A stretch of DNA of 32,000 nt from an uncultured Planctomycetia bacterium. GTDB taxonomy: Bacteria > Omnitrophota > Gorgyraeia > Duberdicusellales > 4484-171. The notes below the pieces were generated by a model. That model was not told the DNA's origin. It ran no database searches and saw only the letters and a program-made list of their open reading frames with translations. Positions 27,033 to 32,000 of the stretch are shown in pieces. A program made the translations under genes and the position numbers. Positions within the stretch are counted from its first letter, which is position 1. Every line of letters starts with the position of its first letter. Location: assembly GCA_964536865.1 (NCBI GenBank), contig CAZHYN010000001.1:90001-122000 (forward strand). Direction: 5' to 3'.

Positions 27033-27959
27033 ATGCATGATATTTTAAAAAGGACAGACTTTAAATCAGGATTTGTAACAATATTGGGTAGACCTAATGT
27101 AGGCAAATCCACCCTCTTAAATACTCTCTTGGGAGGTAAGGTAAGTATTGTATCTGGTGTTCCTCAAACTACCCGTCATCAGATTCGAGGGGTTTTAAAC
27201 TTAGAGAATGCTCAGATTATTTTCGTTGATACCCCAGGTATTCACTCCTTTAAAGAAGAGTTAGCAACACATCTTAATGTAGTAGCAAAGAGGAGTATTC
27301 AAGAAGTAGAACTTCTCCTTTACGTAGTTGATGTATCTCGTTCTGTTGGTAAGGAGGAAGAGGCAATTATGAATTTTCTTTCTTCCCAGGATACTCAGAT
27401 GATTATGGCTTTAAATAAGATAGATATTAGTAAAGATTTTTTAAATCAGTATATAGATAGATGGCAGAAGTTAATAAAAGCCAGAGGTAAAGAAAACCTT
27501 TTGAAATATTATATTCCAATATCTGCTAAGAAAGGTACGAATCTGGATAGATTGAAAGAAGCCATCGTAGAGTTGCTCCCTTTTCATCCTCCTTTCTATG
27601 ATAGAGAAACATTAACTGATTTCCCTTTTAAACTTAGAGTTCAGGATATCATTAGAGAGAAGTTGTTTTTAAATTTAAAGGAGGAGCTTCCTCATTCTGT
27701 GGCAGTAGAGGTTAAGGAAGTGGAGAGAAAAGAGAATATCGTCTACATAAAAGCGAATATTTATGTAAACAGAGATTCTCAAAAGAAAATCATTATTGGT
27801 AGAGAAGGAAGATTTATAAGAGAGGTGGGAAAACTTGCCAGGGAAGAACTGGAGGTTCTTTTTGGTAAGAAAGTTTATTTAGAGTTAGAGGTGAAAGTGC
27901 TAAAGGATTGGCAAGAGAACCCTAGAGTGCTGAAAGAGTTAGGGTATTGGTGGGTATAA
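27033..27959 (+). CDS. era: GTPase Era
   Basis: G1 GRPNVGKST, G3 DTPG, G4 NKID, and a C-terminal KH domain (EELPHSVAVEV...IIIGREGRFIREVG). Confidence 0.92.
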   Translation: MHDILKRTDFKSGFVTILGRPNVGKSTLLNTLLGGKVSIVSGVPQTTRHQIRGVLNLENAQIIFVDTPGIHSFKEELATHLNVVAKRSIQEVELLLYVVDVSRSVGKEEEAIMNFLSSQDTQMIMALNKIDISKDFLNQYIDRWQKLIKARGKENLLKYYIPISAKKGTNLDRLKEAIVELLPFHPPFYDRETLTDFPFKLRVQDIIREKLFLNLKEELPHSVAVEVKEVERKENIVYIKANIYVNRDSQKKIIIGREGRFIREVGKLAREELEVLFGKKVYLELEVKVLKDWQENPRVLKELGYWWV

Positions 27960-28108
27960 AAAAGAGGTTAAATCTCAAACGTCTCCTCTCAAATAGTAGA
28001 AACAATTTTAGAGGCTGGATTAGTTGCTGTAATAGCAGTAGGTAAACCATTAGCTTATCCTGAATTTAGAGAGAATAGAGGGAGGCTTTTAAAGAAACTG
28101 ATAATTCT

Positions 28109-29248
28109 ATGAGATTTTGTCAACATTTTTCTATTTGTGGAGGTTGTCAGTATCAAGATACCCCTTACTCTGAACAGTTAAAGATGAAAGAATCTCAGAT
28201 AAAGGATATGATAGACTTTTTTGAGTTCTCAGTAGAGTTAAAACCTATAAATTCTTATCAGGAATGGTTTTATCGTAATAAGATGGAGTTTACCTTTGGC
28301 AAAGAAGGCAGTAATTTGATTTGTGGACTTCATAGAAAGAAGGAAAAAAGAAAACTATTTAATCTTAAGGAATGTTTGATATTTTCTCCCTGTGCAGAAC
28401 CCATTCTCAATAAAGTAAGAGAGGTTTTAAAGGATAGATATCTTCCTTATGAAAAATTTTCTCATCGAGGTTTTTTGCGGCATCTTATTATAAGGGAAAC
28501 TAAATTTACTGACGAAATTATGATAGCTTTAGTTACTACTACTCAGGATAAGTTAGACCAGGAGGAGTTTGTTGATGAGTTAGCGACCCTAAAGTTAGAG
28601 AAAAAGATATCCTCTCTTTTCTGGGTTTTAAATGACCGTGTATCCGATGCAGTAATCTTTGAAGAAAAAAGGTTACTTTGGGGTCAGCCTTTTATCACTG
28701 AGAAGATAGCCAATTTGAACTTTCGTGTATTTGTAGACTCTTTCTTTCAGACCAACCCCTACGGGATAACCCATCTTTATAAGAAGATAGAGGAGTATGC
28801 TCATCTAACTGGGGAAGAGAGAATCCTTGATTTGTACTGCGGAGTAGGTTCCATCGGTCTCTTTTTGGCCAGAAAGGCTAAGTTTGTCTGGGGAGTAGAG
28901 ATTAAGAAGGAAGTTGTAGAAAATGCAATAGTTAACGCTCAGCTAAATAGAATAGAGAATATATCCTTTATTTGTTCTGACGTGAGAAAATTTTTAGTCC
29001 AAAAAGATATTTCCAATATAGATATTGTGGTAATAAATCCTCCCCGCTGTGGATTGTCTAAGAAGATAAAGAAATATCTCTTAAAAACGCCCTCTCCCAG
29101 GATATTTTACTCCTCTTGCAACCCTTATACTTTTTTTACTGACCTTAAAGATTTTTCCTCCCTCTACAGAATAGTCTTTATTGAACCTTTCGATTTTTTT
29201 CCTCATACTCCTCATTTAGAATGCTTAGCTTTTTTGGAGAGGAAGTAG
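28109..29248 (+). CDS. RNA (uracil-5-)-methyltransferase, RumA/TrmA family, no TRAM domain
   Basis: N-terminal Fe-S cysteines CQHFSICGGCQYQ, FFQTN, SAM motif LDLYCGVGSIG, a PPR motif VINPPRCG and the nucleophile-region SCNP. Confidence 0.85.
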   Translation: MRFCQHFSICGGCQYQDTPYSEQLKMKESQIKDMIDFFEFSVELKPINSYQEWFYRNKMEFTFGKEGSNLICGLHRKKEKRKLFNLKECLIFSPCAEPILNKVREVLKDRYLPYEKFSHRGFLRHLIIRETKFTDEIMIALVTTTQDKLDQEEFVDELATLKLEKKISSLFWVLNDRVSDAVIFEEKRLLWGQPFITEKIANLNFRVFVDSFFQTNPYGITHLYKKIEEYAHLTGEERILDLYCGVGSIGLFLARKAKFVWGVEIKKEVVENAIVNAQLNRIENISFICSDVRKFLVQKDISNIDIVVINPPRCGLSKKIKKYLLKTPSPRIFYSSCNPYTFFTDLKDFSSLYRIVFIEPFDFFPHTPHLECLAFLERK

Positions 29249-29259
29249 GAGTTTTTTCC

Positions 29260-29288
29260 TTGACAAACTTTTGGGTTTAGTTTATTTT
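29260..29288 (+). promoter_or_regulatory. Candidate sigma70-type promoter for the CheC-like pair (TTGACA-17-TATTTT)
   Basis: A consensus -35 TTGACA lies at 29260-29265, followed by a 17-nt spacer and TATTTT at 29283-29288. A GGAGGAGG RBS precedes the ATG at 29310. Confidence 0.45.
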
Positions 29289-29309
29289 AAGGAAAAGGAG
29301 GAGGTAGGG

Positions 29310-29912
29310 ATGAGAGATGAAATGGATGTTTTAAAAGAAGTTGCTACTGTTGCTGCTGCTCATGGGAGTAATGCTCTTTCCGAAATTTTAAAGAGGACAA
29401 TAAAGTTAAGCCTTCCCTTAGTTACTACCATTACCCCTGATAACTTAGAGAAAGAGATTGATTCTAATGAAGTGGTATTAAGTATACAGAGCAGAATTCT
29501 CAGTGGAATAGAGGGGAAAATTTTACTGGTCTTGGAAGAAAGGAGTGCCTTCCGGCTCATCAACATATGCTACAAGGGAGAGGATAAGGCTAGTTCAGGA
29601 TTTCTTACAGAAGTGGGTTTATCAGCGATAAAGGAAATAGGCAACGTAGTTATTGGTTCTTATGTAGGAGCTTTGAGTATGTTCTTAAAATTACTAATCG
29701 TTCCCTCAATCCCTACCCTCATAAGTGGCCCGCTTTATGAAATCGTTAGTGCCGCTTTATCTTTGGAGAAAGAGCGCATTCTTATGATTGAAGCAGTTTT
29801 TGAAGAGTCAGAGGAGAAGATAAAAGGGAGAATGTATTTTATTCTTACGCAACGAGGTAGAGAGATAATTAAACAAGCCTGTGATAAGATTCTCGAATCT
29901 TTAGAAAAATAG
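29310..29912 (+). CDS. CheC/CheX-family (CheY-P phosphatase-like) protein, paralog 1
   Basis: Site 1 is DVLKEVAT-x22-P (Asn replaced by Thr). Site 2 is SAIKEIGN-x22-P (intact D/S-x3-E-x2-N-x22-P). The RBS-supported ATG at 29310 is preferred over the ORF-track TTG at 29271. Confidence 0.75.
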   Translation: MRDEMDVLKEVATVAAAHGSNALSEILKRTIKLSLPLVTTITPDNLEKEIDSNEVVLSIQSRILSGIEGKILLVLEERSAFRLINICYKGEDKASSGFLTEVGLSAIKEIGNVVIGSYVGALSMFLKLLIVPSIPTLISGPLYEIVSAALSLEKERILMIEAVFEESEEKIKGRMYFILTQRGREIIKQACDKILESLEK

Positions 29913-29943
29913 ATACTTTCAAAGTTTTTCATCCCAAAGAGAA

Positions 29944-30567
29944 ATGAAAGACGAATTAGATATTCTAAAAGAAGTAGGAACTATTGCCGCTGGACATAGT
30001 AGTGTAGCTCTTTCAGAGATTCTCGATAAGAAGATAATTCTTGATGTTCCTTCCGCAGAAATTATCTCTGCCCAGAGAGTTCCTCAAAGTATGACCCTAG
30101 AAAAGTTAGGGATAGCTGTTTTCTTTCAGCTTCTAGTAGGGCTCCAAGGGAAAGTAATATTTATCCTTGATGAGAAGAATGCTTTTAGGTTGATTGACTT
30201 ATCTTATAAGATAAGAGACTTAAAGAGAGAACCAGGAATTATTACTGAAGTCAGCCTCTCCCTAATAAAGGAGATAGGCAATATTGTGGTTTGTGCTTAT
30301 TTAAATGCTTTAAGTTTAACTCTGAAAAGAATAATTGTTCCCCCCCTCCCCACTCTTCTTAGTGGTTCTTTAGAAGATATCTTACAGATTGTCTTTTCAG
30401 GATATGAGGAGGATTATGCTTACATTATAGAAACGTCTTTTAAAGAACCTCAAGAGAGTATTCAAGGCTTCTTTTATCTTATTTTAACCCCCGAAGCAGC
30501 GAAAGATATTAGAGAAAGTTGTAAGAAACTCTTGGAAGAAATAAGAAGAGGGCAACCATCCTTTTAA
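29944..30567 (+). CDS. CheC/CheX-family (CheY-P phosphatase-like) protein, paralog 2
   Basis: Site 1 is DILKEVGT-x22-P (Asn replaced by Thr). Site 2 is SLIKEIGN-x22-P (intact). It is collinear with paralog 1. Confidence 0.75.
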   Translation: MKDELDILKEVGTIAAGHSSVALSEILDKKIILDVPSAEIISAQRVPQSMTLEKLGIAVFFQLLVGLQGKVIFILDEKNAFRLIDLSYKIRDLKREPGIITEVSLSLIKEIGNIVVCAYLNALSLTLKRIIVPPLPTLLSGSLEDILQIVFSGYEEDYAYIIETSFKEPQESIQGFFYLILTPEAAKDIRESCKKLLEEIRRGQPSF

Positions 30568-30611
30568 AATTCTCCTTTTTAGAAAATTGGTTTTAGGGTT
30601 TATATTTTTTC

Positions 30612-30640
30612 TTGAGAATAACTTTAGGGAGTGATAAAAT
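30612..30640 (+). promoter_or_regulatory. Candidate promoter for tRNA-Gln (TTGAGA-17-TAAAAT)
   Basis: TTGAGA lies at 30612-30617, followed by a 17-nt spacer and TAAAAT at 30635-30640, about 20 nt upstream of the tRNA 5' end. Confidence 0.4.
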
Positions 30641-30659
30641 TCTCTCAAGTTTTATTAGT

Positions 30660-30734
30660 TGCCCGGTGGTGCAACCGGTAACACGCTTGGCTCTGGACCA
30701 AGTATTCCTGGTTCGAATCCAGGCCGGGCAGCCA
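30660..30734 (+). tRNA. tRNA-Gln (anticodon CUG), CCA encoded
   Basis: Hand-folded cloverleaf. Acceptor stem TGCCCGG/CCGGGCA with U1-A72 and G73 (bacterial tRNA-Gln identity features). Anticodon stem CTTGG/CCAAG with loop CTCTGGA (anticodon CTG at 30693-30695). T arm CCTGG-TTCGAAT-CCAGG. 3' GCCA. The D stem is only 3 clean base pairs. Confidence 0.9.
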
Positions 30735-30736
30735 CT

Positions 30737-30766
30737 AAAAATATCCCTCTTCTGAGGGATATTTTT
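30737..30766 (+). terminator. Rho-independent terminator after tRNA-Gln
   Basis: Perfect 13-bp stem AAAAATATCCCTC / GAGGGATATTTTT with a TTCT loop. The 3' arm ends in a T run. Confidence 0.8.
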
Positions 30767-30807
30767 ATTGAGTTGTCTGTGACTGATTTGAACTGTTTAT
30801 TTGCGCG

Positions 30808-31017
30808 ATGTGGTATTTGTATATATGTAAAAAAGGTGACAAGCTATACACTGGGATAACAACCAATCTCAATAATCGACTACGTCAACATCAGCAGGCT
30901 GAGTTGTTATATAGAGAGACTTTTCCAAATAAAAAAGAAGCGGCCTTACGTGAGCGCCAGATAAAAGGATGGCGCAGAGAAAAGAAGATTTCTTTAGTCT
31001 ATCGCGGAAATAAATAG
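30808..31017 (+). CDS. Short GIY-YIG nuclease-domain protein (UPF0213/YhbQ-like)
   Basis: WYLYICKKGDKLYTGITTNLNNRLRQH matches YxYIL...G.LYTGxTxDLxRRLxxH. The distal EAALRERQIKGWRREKK matches the conserved E...QIK..R..K. At 69 aa it lacks the usual central segment. Confidence 0.65.
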   Translation: MWYLYICKKGDKLYTGITTNLNNRLRQHQQAELLYRETFPNKKEAALRERQIKGWRREKKISLVYRGNK

Positions 31018-31044
31018 TGAGTTTACCCTGAGCGAAGTCGAAGG

Positions 31045-31064
31045 GAATCCAGGCCGGGCAGCCA
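31045..31064 (+). repeat. 20-bp perfect duplicate of the tRNA-Gln 3' end (att-like direct repeat)
   Basis: GAATCCAGGCCGGGCAGCCA at 31045-31064 is identical to 30715-30734 (T-loop/T-stem 3' half, acceptor 3' strand and GCCA). No upstream tRNA body is present. Confidence 0.9.
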
Positions 31065-31178
31065 ATTTTGCAGGGCAAAATTGGCAGAGCAATTGAGCAA
31101 TAGAGAATAGAACAATAGAGTTGATGCTCAATTGCGGTCTATTGGTCAATTGTTCTATTGTTCAAATAAGGTTTCTTT

Positions 31179-31439
31179 ATGGCATTTCTTTTCAATAAGC
31201 TTGAGGTGTACCAGAAAGCAGTTAATTTAACCGATAGAATAACCTTTTTAACCGAGAAATTCCCCAGAGGAACATATTACCTGTCTGAGCAATTAAACCG
31301 GGCGGCTTTGTCGATTTCGTTGAATATTGTCGAAGGCAACGGAAGGTTTCACCGTAAAGACCAGCAGAATTTTTTTAGAATAGCCCGCGGTTCTGCCTTT
31401 GAATGCTTCCCTATAGTAGAGCGAAAAAAGGGTGTGTAG
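31179..31439 (+). CDS. Four-helix-bundle protein (23S rRNA intervening-sequence protein family), apparently C-terminally truncated
   Basis: LEVYQKAVNLTDRITFLTEKFPRGTYYLSEQLNRAALSISLNIVEGNGRFHRKDQQNFFRIARGSAFEC matches the family pattern (W/YQKA...FP..E...L.SQLRRAA.SI..NIAEG.GR....). It stops about 30-35 residues short of typical members. Confidence 0.65.
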   Translation: MAFLFNKLEVYQKAVNLTDRITFLTEKFPRGTYYLSEQLNRAALSISLNIVEGNGRFHRKDQQNFFRIARGSAFECFPIVERKKGV

Positions 31440-31533
31440 TTAAAGATGTAAGCTGGTTTATTTTTTGGGAAAGAGAATTGGAAAGTAATAACTTCAATTT
31501 TCATACACTTCTGAAATATTTCATTACATATAC

Positions 31534-31562
31534 TTGACAGGTTATCTTACCTATGTTATATT
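31534..31562 (+). promoter_or_regulatory. Near-consensus sigma70 promoter (TTGACA-17-TATATT)
   Basis: TTGACA lies at 31534-31539, followed by a 17-nt spacer and TATATT at 31557-31562. An AAGGAGG RBS at 31567-31573 precedes the ATG at 31582. Confidence 0.6.
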
Positions 31563-31581
31563 CTAAGAAGGAGGTGAGAAT

Positions 31582-32000
31582 ATGCGTGAAAGAATGAAAG
31601 AATTTTATAGAAAAATCGGGGATAGAATAAGACAATTGCGGGAAAAAATAGGGATTTCTCAGGAAGAACTAGCTAAATCTTTAGGCATAAATAGAGTTTC
31701 TTTATCTCAAATAGAAAATGGAGAAAGAAAAATAACAGCTGAAGAGGTTGCAAAGATTTCCAATATATTTAATATCAATGCCGATATACTATTAGATTTG
31801 GAAGAAGATATGAAGGTAGTGGTGGAAAAAAGAAAAACAAAAACTTCTTCTAAAAATATTAAATCAAACATTAGAATAAATATTCCTCAGAAGAATCTTG
31901 AGAAATTTAAAGAAGTTTTGCTTTATATTTTAAATAAAGTGGGGTCAAAGCCTAATATTGGAGAAACAGTATTGTATAAGCTTCTTTATTTTATAGATTT
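31582..32000 (+). CDS. XRE-family HTH protein with the start of a Panacea/DUF4065-like (SocA/GepA antitoxin-type) domain, 3' partial
   Basis: This ORF is absent from the ORF track because it is open to the window end. My translation is MRERMKEFYRKIGDRIRQLREKIGISQEELAKSLGINRVSLSQIENGERKITAEEVAKISNIFNINADILLDL... (HTH_3), then a Lys/Ser-rich linker, then LEKFKEVLLYILNKVGSKPNIGETVLYKLLYFID (typical DUF4065 N-terminus). Confidence 0.6.
   Translation, partial: MRERMKEFYRKIGDRIRQLREKIGISQEELAKSLGINRVSLSQIENGERKITAEEVAKISNIFNINADILLDLEEDMKVVVEKRKTKTSSKNIKSNIRINIPQKNLEKFKEVLLYILNKVGSKPNIGETVLYKLLYFID

Noticed and set aside
27972-28108. A start-less open frame (ISNVSSQIVETILEAGLVAVIAVGKPLAYPEFRENRGRLLKKLIIL*) in the era-to-methyltransferase gap, considered as a lost TRAM domain or a small gene
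   Set aside because: It has no ATG/GTG/TTG start and is not in frame with the methyltransferase (an in-frame TAG lies at 28076-28078). It shows no TRAM-like motif. It might be a relic, but the evidence is too weak to call.
217-29932. Fifteen minus-strand ORFs of 62-89 aa in the track (217-408, 630-830, 2221-2490, 3278-3541, 3560-3748, 3767-3988, 5294-5524, 10955-11224, 15321-15539, 16979-17215, 18457-18657, 23005-23208, 26481-26693, 29360-29566, 29735-29932)
   Set aside because: Each lies wholly or almost wholly antisense to a + strand gene with clear family motifs (5294-5524 also extends into the adjacent repeat-rich intergenic region). Their translations are low-complexity (Ser/Leu/Ile/Phe/Asn-rich), with no recognisable motifs or RBS. 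They are typical shadow ORFs in AT-rich DNA.
30659-30859. A 66-aa ORF (MPGGATGNTLGSGPSIPGSNPGRAA...)
   Set aside because: It is the translation of the tRNA-Gln gene and its terminator. The tRNA fold, with tRNA-Gln identity elements and encoded CCA, explains the sequence.
31045-31064. A second tRNA gene or tRNA pseudogene at the duplicate 3' end
   Set aside because: Only the last 20 nt match. The upstream sequence (..GAGCGAAGTCGAAGG) cannot form the T stem, anticodon arm or D arm, so I interpret it as an att-like repeat, not a tRNA.
30869-31078. A 69-aa minus-strand ORF (..FDFAQGKL..)
   Set aside because: It is antisense to the GIY-YIG ORF and reads through the att-like tRNA-end duplicate. 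It has no motif support.
1-32000. CRISPR arrays, rRNA genes, integrase or recombinase genes, and large prophage blocks
   Set aside because: I found no regularly spaced direct repeats of CRISPR type, no rRNA-like conserved stretches and no tyrosine or serine recombinase motifs. The only repeats are those reported at 5232-5271, 5344-5390/6251-6300, 30715-30734/31045-31064 and 31089-31159.

Overview
This is an AT-rich bacterial chromosomal segment (roughly one-third G+C by eye, standard genetic code). Every gene I can support lies on the + strand, tightly packed, and many start/stop codons overlap (TAATG, TGATG, cTTGA). All family calls come from motifs read by eye, since no searches were run. 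Content from left to right: (1) A glycan/LPS-type cluster with a GT9 heptosyltransferase-like gene (5' partial), a SAM methyltransferase, two GT4 glycosyltransferases and a WecA/MraY-family phosphosugar transferase. (2) A single-ORF HUH/Y1 (IS200-like) transposase-HTH cassette bracketed by same-orientation hairpin repeats. (3) A degenerate PHP-like membrane protein. (4) A membrane pyrophosphatase (hppA, K+-dependent signature) with a gene on each side encoding an unusual single KtrB/TrkH-like pore module fused to an RCK_C domain, plus a decayed small ORF upstream. (5) Housekeeping and miscellaneous genes: Cas4-like nuclease, thioredoxin, tRNA-binding protein, YjbQ, a DEDDh exonuclease with a WYL-like tail, Lrp plus aminotransferase, and DUF1805. 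(6) A roughly 200-bp in-frame relic of hypF. (7) A translationally coupled envelope cluster: transglutaminase-like lipoprotein, TPR protein, M48 protease and a PilZ/coiled-coil/alpha-alpha-toroid protein. (8) An M20 peptidase followed by endonuclease V, DUF72, DUF488 and a radical SAM enzyme. (9) Era and an RNA m5U methyltransferase. (10) Two tandem orphan CheC-like paralogs. (11) tRNA-Gln(CUG), followed by what looks like an integration hotspot. The last 20 nt of the tRNA are duplicated 330 bp downstream, bracketing a shortened GIY-YIG gene. After that come a truncated four-helix-bundle gene and an XRE-HTH/Panacea(DUF4065)-like ORF that runs off the window. I found no CRISPR array and no rRNA. 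The leads I would follow first are the PPase/pore-module-RCK_C trio, the tRNA-Gln-linked accessory region, the hairpin-flanked Y1 cassette, the nfi-DUF72-DUF488-radical SAM block and the orphan CheC pair.
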